Shown: one piece after another, positions 19,059 to 28,098 of the stretch
How positions within the stretch are numbered: position 1 is the stretch's first letter
How the letters are laid out: each line of letters opens with the position of its first letter
NCBI GenBank assembly: GCA_043825875.1
Contig: JBDRRF010000091.1
Coordinates: 1 to 49,785 of the forward strand
Direction of reading: 5' to 3'
From: Pseudomonadota bacterium
Lineage (GTDB): Bacteria; Desulfobacterota; Desulfobacteria; Desulfobacterales; RPRI01
Length of the DNA stretch: 49,785 nucleotides
Notes under the pieces: model-generated
The model's input: only the letters and a program-made list of their open reading frames with translations
Databases searched by the model: none
Told to the model about the DNA's origin: nothing
Position numbers and translations under genes: made by a program

Positions 19059-19463
19059 TCACACCTTTGAGATTTCTTGTGCTCTACGAGAAAGAATAGC
19101 AACGATAAGCCCAAGCGCTATCCCAAAAATAGCGTCCCCTAAATAAATTTTCAGAGACATTTCAAGGCTCAATCCAAGAATTAAACTCAGCAACCCAAAA
19201 ACCATTAAACCATAAGCTCCCAAATTCAGCATTGGGCCATACTTTACAGGATTTCTTGCAAGTATAATAAAATAAATTCCGATCAATCCAATTATACCAC
19301 AAGCACCTCTGAAGAAATAAATTAATAGTGGGGTATCAGGAATTGGCTCTATCCCAAACCAAACAAAGAGATCTTGAATTATTTCCCATGGCAATACAAC
19401 AAATGGAATGGCTGCCAGACATCCTGAAGCACAAATCCATAGAGCTGTTTTTAAACTTCTCAT
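19059..19463 (-). CDS. Four-TM hypothetical membrane protein
   Basis: Hydrophobic 134-aa ORF with AGGAGG RBS. Confidence 0.75.
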   Translation of the reverse strand: MRSLKTALWICASGCLAAIPFVVLPWEIIQDLFVWFGIEPIPDTPLLIYFFRGACGIIGLIGIYFIILARNPVKYGPMLNLGAYGLMVFGLLSLILGLSLEMSLKIYLGDAIFGIALGLIVAILSRRAQEISKV

Positions 19464-19483
19464 TGATATGTCCTCCTTTTAGA

Positions 19484-19539
19484 TAATAACCGATATGAGG
19501 CACGGCGGATTTTTGCCTTATCGTACAATGTAGTTATTA
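19484..19539 (-). other. Degenerate solo attC-like site
   Basis: Ends TAATAAC / GTTATTA are perfect inverted partners; centre GGCACGGCGGATTTTTGCC resembles GGCGCGGCGGCTTTTTGCC of the attC at 47741-47802. Confidence 0.45.
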
Positions 19540-19617
19540 TATATACCATGTTATCGAAAACAATGCCACTAGTTATAAAGTCCAGGTACCATAAAAATAT
19601 TTATCCAATACATTGCC

Positions 19618-19663
19618 ACATAAGACCGCCCCCATGGACGACTTTATCAAGAGTAAAGCTCAT
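19618..19663 (-). pseudogene. 5' fragment of a SAM-methyltransferase-like gene
   Basis: Reads MSFTLDKVV then, after a 1-nt frameshift, (P)WGRSY, an N-terminus I recognise from that family; no continuation. Confidence 0.4.
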
Positions 19664-19769
19664 ATATGTCCTTGACTATCTGTCAATCGAGTTGTGCTGT
19701 AAGGAAACTGATTTGGCCACCGGCTAAAGTTTCAATAATTTATTTTCTTGCTTTCGCCGTAATAACTCT

Positions 19770-20483
19770 TCATTCCATACTACTGTGTTTCCTTATAAGG
19801 TATATACCGTCACGAATTGTCAAAAACAGCTTTTGGGCACGTTCGTCTGAGTTCACCCTTTCATTAAAGTCTACCATTGCCCGGCTATCATCGTCCTGTG
19901 GATCAAATATCCTCCCATACCACAGGGCGTTATCAGCAAGAATCAGACCGCCGTTTCGCAAAATCCGCATGGATTCTTCGTAATATGCAATGTAGTTTTG
20001 CTTATCGGCATCGATAAAGACCAAATCGGTCTGCCCGTCCGGCAGGGTTTTTAAAATTTCCAGGGCTTCGCCCAGGTGAATTGTGATTTTACTTTTATCG
20101 GAGTGCCGGTCGAAGAAACTCTGGGCTAACTTCTCATGCTCCGGGTTATGTTCAATAGTGATAATACTGCCGTCTTGTGGGAGCACCTCGGCCATAGCGA
20201 GGGCGGAGTAACCGGTAAAGGTGCCGATATCGACGATGTTTTTGGCACCGGAAAGTTGAACGATCAGTTGCAGGAACCGGCCTTCGACCCGGCCGGTAAG
20301 CATGCTGGGATAGGTAGTATTGTTCAGGGTGAAATGCTCAATCTCTTCAAGAAGGGGAGACATAGGAGATGTATGAACCGCCGCATATTTTTCTGCTTCC
20401 TTTGCAACCACATCCATGAAACAGTAAATGCCGTTTAAATTGTTTTTATCATTTTGGGAAGTATTGTCAGGTTTTTGGCTCAT
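19770..20483 (-). CDS. Class I SAM-dependent O-methyltransferase (caffeoyl-CoA OMT-like)
   Basis: DIGTFTGYSAL, DLVFIDADK, GGLILADN motifs. Confidence 0.9.
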   Translation of the reverse strand: MSQKPDNTSQNDKNNLNGIYCFMDVVAKEAEKYAAVHTSPMSPLLEEIEHFTLNNTTYPSMLTGRVEGRFLQLIVQLSGAKNIVDIGTFTGYSALAMAEVLPQDGSIITIEHNPEHEKLAQSFFDRHSDKSKITIHLGEALEILKTLPDGQTDLVFIDADKQNYIAYYEESMRILRNGGLILADNALWYGRIFDPQDDDSRAMVDFNERVNSDERAQKLFLTIRDGIYLIRKHSSME

Positions 20484-20498
20484 AGTATCTCCTTTACG

Positions 20499-20906
20499 CT
20501 AAAACTCCTTGTAAATCCTTGCCAGCGGATGCCCCGGCGCATCCATGGAAAGGTCATTGAAATAGCCGTAAGGTGTCTGGACCGCAGTATACCCGGCCGT
20601 TTCCAATCGCTTCTGCACCCGGTCGATAAGCTTTTTAGCTTCCTCATTATCCGCCTTTTGTTCTCCCAGATGGGTGAACGAGTGCAGGATAATTTTCTGG
20701 GTTTCCCATTTTCTGGCCATCCATTTGGCGTTTTTTACCAGTTTGGTTTCGGCTGAGCTTTTATCCAACACGTCCGGTGGTTCTACGTGGATGAATGCCA
20801 CTACCGTTTGTTCGTAAGCCATGGGAAATGCCTCAGGAGCGTTGTCAAGGGTTTTCATTGACGGATTCCAGGCGAATCGGTCACAATACCAGAACAGTAA
20901 GCGCAT
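20499..20906 (-). CDS. Free-standing archaeal-type threonyl-tRNA synthetase editing domain protein
   Basis: MRLL..C start, VAFIHVE, LHSFTHL, PYGY and C-terminal GHPLA match that domain. Confidence 0.75.
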   Translation of the reverse strand: MRLLFWYCDRFAWNPSMKTLDNAPEAFPMAYEQTVVAFIHVEPPDVLDKSSAETKLVKNAKWMARKWETQKIILHSFTHLGEQKADNEEAKKLIDRVQKRLETAGYTAVQTPYGYFNDLSMDAPGHPLARIYKEF

Positions 20907-20996
20907 TTTTTATCCTCGTTTATTATCACTTATGTATATTAGAATAACCATATTAAGATTTTAAAAGACTCTTTTAACCCTATCACCTGCTCGTAA

Positions 20997-22259
20997 TCAT
21001 AATTTTTGAGATTCGCTAGTTGTTTGCGCAGCGCTACGCCCAGCTATCCAGCCGGTTGAGAATGCCGCCTGTAGATTGTATCCACCTGTATCAGCCTGAA
21101 TGTCTATCAGCTCTCCAGCAAAAAAGAGACCCTTTGTTTTCTTGGATTCCATAGTTCTGGGGTCAATTTCCCGGGTGTCTATTCCCCCAGCTGTTATAAT
21201 TGCCTCGGCAAACGGTCTGTATCCAACAACATCAAGACGAAAATCCTTGAGCCAGGTCCTAATGCGCAAGCGTTGTTTTGCAGAGATATTGCAGACCTGA
21301 TAATCGGCTGGTATTCGTATGAGATCAAGGCAGACAGGAACCATTTCTCTCGGGATTACCCCCCGCAGAAAACTGCTGATTTGCTCCTTGCCCCTGGAAG
21401 CAATGTCTCGCAAAAGACGTGCATCAAGTTTTTTTTCATCAAGGGCGGGTTTGAGATCAAGGGAAAGGGTGATTTTGTGCCCATTGCGCAAGCTGTCCAC
21501 CGCCTCACCGCTCAGGGTGAGAATTGCAGGTCCTGTCAATCCAAATTCGGTAAAAACTATTTCACCGAATTCTTCCCTTTTTTTCTTACCGTTTACAAGC
21601 ATTTTGGCTTTGACATTGCGAAGGTTGAGACCAGTCATCCTTTTTGCTTCATCTCCTGAGGTTTCAAGTGGAACAAGCGCCTGGCGGACCGGTATTACTG
21701 TATGTCCTGCGAATTCAGAAAGGCTGTAGCCGTCTCCGGTTGAACCTGTAGCCGGATAGGAGGCTCCGCCCAATGCCAAAATAACGGCATCACAGGAGAT
21801 TTCCCTGCCTTGAGCAACAACACCAATGATGCGTTTGTTATGTATCAGTATTTTATCAACAGAAGAGGAATTCTTTATAGCGACTCCTGTTTTTTTATTC
21901 CATTGCAGAAGAACTCTGTGGACATCCGGCGCTTTGCCGCTTGCAGGAAAAACCCGGCCGCCTCTTTCTGTTGCCAACTCTAAACCCAGCTCATTGAAGA
22001 ATTCCATGAGATCGGTATTGAAGAACCTGGCAAAGGCTTGACGAAGAAAAGAGCCGGTTTTGCCAAAATGGGAAATAAAGTCGGATATCCCGGCGATATT
22101 TGTGATGTTGCAGCGGCCCTTTCCTGTAATACAGAGCTTGAGTCCGGTATGTCTCATTTTTTCCAGTAGAAGTGTTTCAGCTCCCGCTTGTGCTGCCTGT
22201 CCCGCAGCCATAAGTCCTGCAGGGCCACCGCCTATAACAATTATTCTTCGCGCCTTCAT
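20997..22259 (-). CDS. HI0933/BaiN (YhiN) family flavoprotein
   Basis: GGGPAGLMAA, TGKGRCNITN, GGASYPATGSTGDG, TGGYNLQAAFSTG motifs. Confidence 0.93.
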   Translation of the reverse strand: MKARRIIVIGGGPAGLMAAGQAAQAGAETLLLEKMRHTGLKLCITGKGRCNITNIAGISDFISHFGKTGSFLRQAFARFFNTDLMEFFNELGLELATERGGRVFPASGKAPDVHRVLLQWNKKTGVAIKNSSSVDKILIHNKRIIGVVAQGREISCDAVILALGGASYPATGSTGDGYSLSEFAGHTVIPVRQALVPLETSGDEAKRMTGLNLRNVKAKMLVNGKKKREEFGEIVFTEFGLTGPAILTLSGEAVDSLRNGHKITLSLDLKPALDEKKLDARLLRDIASRGKEQISSFLRGVIPREMVPVCLDLIRIPADYQVCNISAKQRLRIRTWLKDFRLDVVGYRPFAEAIITAGGIDTREIDPRTMESKKTKGLFFAGELIDIQADTGGYNLQAAFSTGWIAGRSAAQTTSESQKL

Positions 22260-22688
22260 ATATTCTTTGCCATCTTTAATCCTATAAAATGGGGTCTATA
22301 TTTGACCCTTAATTACTTTTTCTTTTAAAGATTGAATCTCTTTCCCAAATATCTTGTCTGTTTTTGTCATACATGCAATTTTTTTAGACAATGCTGCTCA
22401 CTGTGCTGTATGTGTTTATATTAAATACTTCTTTTATCATATGCAGTATTAAATATAAAGCATAATAACATACCCCCATTCTTACCCAAAGTGTGCCTTC
22501 AGCATAACCGCATTTGTATCTTTTCTAAGTCCAGAGGTTTATAAATAAATACAAAAGCGTATTATTGCAAAAATTCTACCGATAGGTTATATATAATTTC
22601 AAATCAATTTAAATAATTGCTTATAATATTGGATCTGAAAATTTAAAAGGTCAAATCTATTATCACATATAAGCTGGAGATTATTATC

Positions 22689-22937
22689 ATGAGAGAAGAA
22701 CAATTACTCGAACGAATCACTTTTAATCCAAAAGTCATGGTAGGTAAACCTGTTATAAAAGGAACTCGTTTAACCGTTGATTTTATCCTTAATCTTTTGG
22801 CACATGGTACTACAGAAAATGAGATTTTGAAAGAATACAAGGGCCTTACAATGGAAGACATACATGCTTGTTTCCTTTTTGCCACTAAGTCCCTTAAGAA
22901 CACTGAATTTATGCCGCTTATGGCAGAGCATTCCTGA
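22689..22937 (+). CDS. DUF433 family putative antitoxin
   Basis: RITFNPKVMVGKPVIKGTRL signature. Confidence 0.9.
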   Translation: MREEQLLERITFNPKVMVGKPVIKGTRLTVDFILNLLAHGTTENEILKEYKGLTMEDIHACFLFATKSLKNTEFMPLMAEHS

Positions 22938-23287
22938 TGCGATTTATTGTAGATGAATGTACAGGCCCGGCTGTGGCCCAATGGCTCCGCAATCAAAATC
23001 ACGAAGTATTTTCGGTTTTTGATGAAGCAAGAGGAATGAATGATGATGATATCATCTTAAAGTCGCAGGTAGAAAATTGGATTTTAATAACAAATGATAA
23101 GGATTTTGGTGAAAAAGCATTTAGAGATAGCCGACTTCACGGGGGCATTATCCTGCTTCGCCTTGAAGATGAGAGATCCCAATCAAAAATTCAGGTGCTT
23201 TCACGTCTTCTCAAGATATACCCGGATAGACTGCTAAACACTTTTGTTGTTGTTACTGAAAAGCAGGTACGTTTTGCCCGAAGATAG
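22937..23287 (+). CDS. DUF5615 family PIN-like putative toxin
   Basis: MRFIVDEC and ILITNDKDFG; TGATG overlap with DUF433. Confidence 0.88.
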   Translation: MRFIVDECTGPAVAQWLRNQNHEVFSVFDEARGMNDDDIILKSQVENWILITNDKDFGEKAFRDSRLHGGIILLRLEDERSQSKIQVLSRLLKIYPDRLLNTFVVVTEKQVRFARR

Positions 23288-23412
23288 GAATTGATTATCG
23301 GTAAGTTGTATTAATTCTATACATTTGAGGCTTTCATATAGGGAAGTATTAGTGTCAAACCTTGATCTGTGAATATATACACTAAACCAATAAGGTGAGT
23401 AGACCGATTTTT

Positions 23413-23937
23413 TCAATTTAAAGAAGAAATCACATTCACAATATCCCGCATCAAAACCCAGATATTATTCAACATCTCCTCCATTTTACCTCCATCAAAA
23501 ATAAACTCATTTTGCATCAGTTTCCCCACATACCCCAGCACCGCCAATGACGGCATCATCAAATACTTCGTCGCCGTTGACAAAGTCGTCCCAACCTTTT
23601 GAAGAGTTGCCTTCTCATTATCAGACAACTCCGCATAAACCTTCTTCTCTTGATTCTTATCAGAAGCCGCCTTATTCGCCGCAGTCGCCGCATCATTCGC
23701 CGCCTTTTTCGCCGCATCTGCCGCCTTCTGTGCATCCGTTGTAGCTGTAGTTGCTGTGTTTACTGTTTGTTGAGTCTGATCTGTAGATTCTACAGGAAGT
23801 CATGCTCCGAAAACATTTCACACATAAATATCCTTTTGAAAACAAGCCAAAAATCAAACTATCAGAATACAAATCAAGAATAGTTTTAAATCTTTTTTGG
23901 ATGACTTACGATATTTTCCAATTTTTCTTTTTAACAT
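23413..23937 (-). pseudogene. 175-codon frame interrupted only by three TGA codons; 3'-truncated exported/membrane protein gene of probable foreign origin
   Basis: ATG at 23937; in-frame TGA at 23854-23856, 23818-23820 and 23800-23802; no TAA/TAG. Basic N-region, hydrophobic stretch and Ala/Thr/Lys-rich linker, in frame with track ORF 23413..23628. Confidence 0.6.
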
Positions 23938-23960
23938 CTCAAACTTATTAATAAAAATAT

Positions 23961-23986
23961 GTCATTCCCGCGAAGGCGGGAATCTA
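23961..23986. repeat. REP-like palindrome GTCATTCCCGCGAAGGCGGGAATCTA
   Basis: ATTCCC-N8-GGGAAT hairpin, same form as Neisseria dRS3; single copy in the window. Confidence 0.7.
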
Positions 23987-23988
23987 TC

Positions 23989-25005
23989 TTAGCTAAGATT
24001 ATTTACTAACGTATACATTCTTTTGATTACATTATTATAATGAATTTCAGCAGATTTTAGCCTATTTGGGTCTCTCTTATCTCTTAAATAATCTTGAATT
24101 CTTTGTGATAATAAATCATGCATATAATCATTAAAATCCACATAAGCCGATTCATTTTTTATCTTATTCACATCAACCCCTTTCAACATTTTATCCAAAA
24201 TCCCTTTCATCTGATTATGAAGAGCCAAAAAATCTGCTTCTGTCTTTGGGTTCTTGTCTAATCTTATCCGCGGCGCCTCATTCCCCACCACCTCTATTTC
24301 AACCTTCCCTTTCGGCGCTAATGTGCCAATCAGATACTCACTATCGTTCCCTTTATGCCTTCTTAACCAATACCTTAATTCCTCAATAAATTTACTTTCC
24401 CATCCATCTTCAAAAGGAATAAATTCAAAACGTCCGTTAGCTGTACTAAAAGCAATACCCCTTCCATCAACCACTTCCAAAAATTGATTAAGCGCTCTTT
24501 TTCCTGTTCTTAAGGATTCTAACGCTTCCTGAATTTCAGACGGAGAAACTCCTCCGAACTTCTTGATAATTAAATCTTTACCTCCTTTGATATATCGCTT
24601 CAATGACAATCCCTGCTCCAGTTTCTCCACTTTCGCACGAGGCTTGTTCACATTCTTAGGATTTTCACCAGCAAAAGCAGACACCGGCAACATCAGCAAC
24701 ACAGCCGCCATTGCTATTCGAAGCATTTTTTGGACATTTCCCACTCCTTCCGTAAATTTCACCTTATCTAAAGCTTGATCTACCATACCGCTCATATCCA
24801 CTTCACTCACTTCCTTGCTAAGTTCCCCTTGAATTCCTGACTTATCCAACAATTTAGCTAAATCATCTACTTCTCTTTTTTCTACTAGCCCATCCTCTAC
24901 AGTTTGTTTCAAAGCCTCCAGCAAAGCATGATCTTGCTTCAAAACAGCTTGAACTTCCTGATTCGCTAAAACATCTCCCGTAATTCCGCGTACCTTTGCA
25001 TTCAT
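23989..25005 (-). CDS. Hypothetical protein with an internal signal-peptide-like segment
   Basis: 338-aa ORF, strong AAGGAGG RBS, hydrophobic IAMAAVLLMLPVSAFA near residue 100. Confidence 0.8.
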   Translation of the reverse strand: MNAKVRGITGDVLANQEVQAVLKQDHALLEALKQTVEDGLVEKREVDDLAKLLDKSGIQGELSKEVSEVDMSGMVDQALDKVKFTEGVGNVQKMLRIAMAAVLLMLPVSAFAGENPKNVNKPRAKVEKLEQGLSLKRYIKGGKDLIIKKFGGVSPSEIQEALESLRTGKRALNQFLEVVDGRGIAFSTANGRFEFIPFEDGWESKFIEELRYWLRRHKGNDSEYLIGTLAPKGKVEIEVVGNEAPRIRLDKNPKTEADFLALHNQMKGILDKMLKGVDVNKIKNESAYVDFNDYMHDLLSQRIQDYLRDKRDPNRLKSAEIHYNNVIKRMYTLVNNLS

Positions 25006-25209
25006 TTACGCCTCCTTCAACCGCAATCGGTATTGTCAAAAAGTGTTTTGCATACCTTATCCCATATACTACCCAGTATAATTTCGACCAAAGAGAAAAT
25101 ACTTTACCAACACCATGCTATAGCCTGTTATTTTTCCTCCCCCATATTTTAAAGCATAATATATTGTATATCGGAACATTCTTTTAATATATTTATAGAA
25201 CTTTTAACA

Positions 25210-25431
25210 TTACCAAACAATTTTTAAATTATCCAAATCAGTTCCGTCACAGAAGATATCCGCTTCTTCATTTGGGAAGACTTGAGTTACTTCAGGTCTA
25301 AATACAATGACGTTAGAGGATTCTTTAATTCGCTTTGCATACTTGCCTCGTACAAGGCCGCCGGGAAAATCTGAGCGCTTATATTCCTCCCGCAAATCGT
25401 CTTTATCAGGTTTTTTATTATCCTTCTTCAT
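25210..25431 (-). pseudogene. BrnA-like antitoxin with probable replaced C-terminus; toxin reduced to a few codons
   Basis: DDLREEY..VRGKYA..PEV..VFPNEEA family pattern followed by an unrelated tail. An overlapping upstream frame reads RELYEEG-stop, like a BrnT C-terminus. Confidence 0.6.
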
Positions 25432-25440
25432 AGAGTTCTC

Positions 25441-25530
25441 GCTATCCTCGAAATACTAAATGTATTCCTGTGGTTGATATTTTTCTCCCGCCTTGAGCTT
25501 GACCAAACTGAAACGTTTTGAAAGTGGCTC
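25441..25530 (-). mobile_element. Truncated MITE subfamily A copy
   Basis: Reverse complement of the first ~87 bp of the element; ends at the internal hotspot, retaining GCT of the inserted unit. Confidence 0.85.
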
Positions 25531-25544
25531 CTTTGATTTGTGAT

Positions 25545-26756
25545 TTAATAAAGAAACCCGAACAAATATAAAGGTATTGTATTGCCGCTCGGATACAGGA
25601 TATCATCTTTTACTATAAACGAGTTTTCAAGGTTGTTTTTAATCTGTTTTTTTGATTTGTTCTTGCCGCCAATCTCAAAGAAATAGTCTTGCACTTGAAA
25701 ATCACCAATTTTGCTGTAAAATAATTTCTTCCCTGAATTTTGCATCATCTTAATGAAAAAAATTTCTCTCACAGTACCTTTATTATACGCAAAACCGATT
25801 TCATCAATTATTGCTTTGTAAATATTGGAATTATCCAGGTAGATTTTTTCAGTTTGTTTTATCAGGCCACTGCCTGATCTGTTTTCTTTAACAAGGCAAA
25901 CGAGACCGGTTTCATTTAAGATTCCCAGATAGTTCTCAACTGTTTTGTTATCAAGCCCAATATGCTTTGAAATACTGTTTCGATTCAACTGACCCGGTGA
26001 AATAGTAGCCAGATATGAAAGGATTTTCCTGAAATTGTTTAAATTTTCCGTTTTGAGTTTGTAAAAATTGGATATGTCTTCATATATCGTTTTATCAATC
26101 ACGTTTAATAATTTTTGATGATAATTATTTTCATCCTCAAACAAAAATGGGTAGTATCCATATTCGAGATATTCCTGAAAATGCCCTTTTATTCTTTCAA
26201 TAAAGGCTATTTGTTCTATGAAAGCATCCGGATTTTCAATCAGTTCATCAAAGCTTATGCCCGGAATGGTTCGGCCCAACCGAAATTCAAGATACTCCCG
26301 AAATGACATACCTCCAATTGTAAAAACCGCCCCTCTTCTCGACAAATCATAAGCGCCATGGATTAAATTCATACTGGAACTGCCGGAAAAAACAATTTTA
26401 ACATCCGGATATGAATCATAAATATTTTTTAATTCCTGATTCCAGGCAGGATATTTATGAACCTCATCTAAGAAAAAAATGCGAATGCCATCAATTTCGT
26501 ACAGATCATCAACAAAATCGAGCAGATTCGACTGTGTAAAATATATATTATCTAAAGAAAGATAAATACATTGATTCTTGTTTTCAATCTGCTCATTAAT
26601 ATATTGAAGCATCAGGGTCGTTTTGCCGGTCCCGCGCGGACCGACCAGCCCTGTAAGTCTGCTTTCCATATTAAAGGATTTAAATAAATAACGATATGTG
26701 CTGTAGTTTGTATTTTTAAGTAACCTTCGATAAACAGCTTTGAAATTGTCTCTCAT
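25545..26756 (-). CDS. AAA_14-family ATPase (DUF4143-associated)
   Basis: GPRGTGKT Walker A, FLDEVHKY Walker B, SGSS, DLSRR, FEIGGK. Confidence 0.88.
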   Translation of the reverse strand: MRDNFKAVYRRLLKNTNYSTYRYLFKSFNMESRLTGLVGPRGTGKTTLMLQYINEQIENKNQCIYLSLDNIYFTQSNLLDFVDDLYEIDGIRIFFLDEVHKYPAWNQELKNIYDSYPDVKIVFSGSSSMNLIHGAYDLSRRGAVFTIGGMSFREYLEFRLGRTIPGISFDELIENPDAFIEQIAFIERIKGHFQEYLEYGYYPFLFEDENNYHQKLLNVIDKTIYEDISNFYKLKTENLNNFRKILSYLATISPGQLNRNSISKHIGLDNKTVENYLGILNETGLVCLVKENRSGSGLIKQTEKIYLDNSNIYKAIIDEIGFAYNKGTVREIFFIKMMQNSGKKLFYSKIGDFQVQDYFFEIGGKNKSKKQIKNNLENSFIVKDDILYPSGNTIPLYLFGFLY

Positions 26757-26864
26757 TAGATTCTACTCCATATATATCAATTGATTATTGGAGTGTATTC
26801 TAATTTATGTGATTTATCAAGTTGTTTTTTTCGTGCTTCCCGGTGTACTTTGCGAAGTATTATT

Positions 26865-27019
26865 GGGCTCAAACCTTGAATTGTGATTTAAGAAAGAAAA
26901 CTTGTATCTCAAAAGTACTACCATGGTAAATATAAAAGCGTTTAAAAAAGAAATCTCCAACCGCTGTTCGTTTGTGCTTCTTAATCAACAATCAAAGGGC
27001 TGTTGCCCAAACCGCTTTT
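26865..27019 (+). repeat. ~155-bp imperfect direct repeat, copy 1
   Basis: Colinear with 29310-29463 (shared AAGAAAACTTGTATCTC, AAATATAAAAGCGTTTAAA, CCCAAACCGCTTTT). Confidence 0.9.
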
Positions 27020-27084
27020 CTTTTTCAACTTCTCCCCTCTAATATCGGAACTAAAGATATTCCTGTGCTCAATTCTCCCAATCA

Positions 27085-27696
27085 TCAAATATGCCCCTTA
27101 TCTAACATAGCCAGAAAATCATCGCTGCCAAGGGGAAACCCGGTCTTTTCGTGCCGATAGAACAAATCTGCCTCCTCCATCGGCCTGGGTTCGGCAATAA
27201 AATACTGCCACCCCTTTTTAACCCTTTCAAGCAGTGGTTTTACCAGCACTAAAGAATCATCAGTACCTGCGATATGAGCACGGGCACTGCTCCAAGGCCA
27301 ATCTTCCGGCTGGTCGACGTACTCTCTTTTGACCGGATTTATCTCAATATAGCGGGTACAGGCAATCAGGTATTTTTCATCAAGCAGATGTGATGAGTAT
27401 CGTCCCTGCCAGAACTGACCGCTTTTGCCAGTCCGACGGTTTATATACCTGGTGTACCGACCATGGGCCGATCGAAGGCAGCTGGAAAGGGATCTCTTTT
27501 CCATGGGAACAGCAATGAGGTGAACATGGTCCGGCATCAGGCAGTAAGCCCAGATCTCCACACCATGCTTACGGCAGCAGTCAACCATAATCTCTATGTA
27601 GACTGCATAATCATTTTCATTCAAAAAGGTCTGCCGCCCATGTAACCCGCGCTGGATAACATGATGTGGCAGCCCCGGCACTGTAATTCTTTTCAT
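27085..27696 (-). CDS. REP-associated tyrosine transposase (RAYT, IS200/Y1 HUH family)
   Basis: PGLPHHVIQRG, HUH motif MPDHVHLI, FWQGRY, catalytic RYIEINPV, WPWSS. Confidence 0.9.
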   Translation of the reverse strand: MKRITVPGLPHHVIQRGLHGRQTFLNENDYAVYIEIMVDCCRKHGVEIWAYCLMPDHVHLIAVPMEKRSLSSCLRSAHGRYTRYINRRTGKSGQFWQGRYSSHLLDEKYLIACTRYIEINPVKREYVDQPEDWPWSSARAHIAGTDDSLVLVKPLLERVKKGWQYFIAEPRPMEEADLFYRHEKTGFPLGSDDFLAMLDKGHI

Positions 27697-28002
27697 ATGT
27701 ATTTGGGGTCAGGCGTTAATATTTTCACATTCTATCACTGGTCTAATAAATATACTCATAAGCCAAGCCTGCCCCATCCCCCTTTTGATTTGACGTGCCC
27801 ATTTTAGCATTTGGCTCTTATTCATCATAAGAGTAAGCCCATCTATTCGTTTCCCTAAAGATCTATCATTATAAACTGTTTTTTGACCCATTCAATAACA
27901 CTGTCGATAGGACTATTTTATTTTGTGTTATCCCGCCAAAGCCATCTGAAGAGATAAACCGATATAATTTCTTCCTTCTATTGTGTCTCTTTTCTTTAAT
28001 TT

Positions 28003-28075
28003 CCTCCATGGTAGTTTGCCAAGAAAGACATCTATTAGAAACTATATAACTAAAGAATGTACCCGATATACCCCC
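28003..28075 (+). repeat. ~70-bp dispersed repeat B, copy 1
   Basis: CCTCCATnGTAGTTTGCCnAGAAAGACATCTAnTAGAAACTATATAACTAAAG also at 44590-44660 and, diverged, at 32359-32428. Confidence 0.85.
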
Positions 28076-28098
28076 GACATACCCTCAATTAGCAATTT

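Noticed and set aside
23640..23760. GCCGC-rich tandem-like repeats and plus-strand ORFs 23547..23744 and 23599..23883
   Set aside because: Explained by Ala-rich codons of the minus-strand TGA-containing frame.
27709..27891. 60-aa ORF upstream of the RAYT
   Set aside because: No recognisable motif or RBS; possibly a decayed gene but unsupported.
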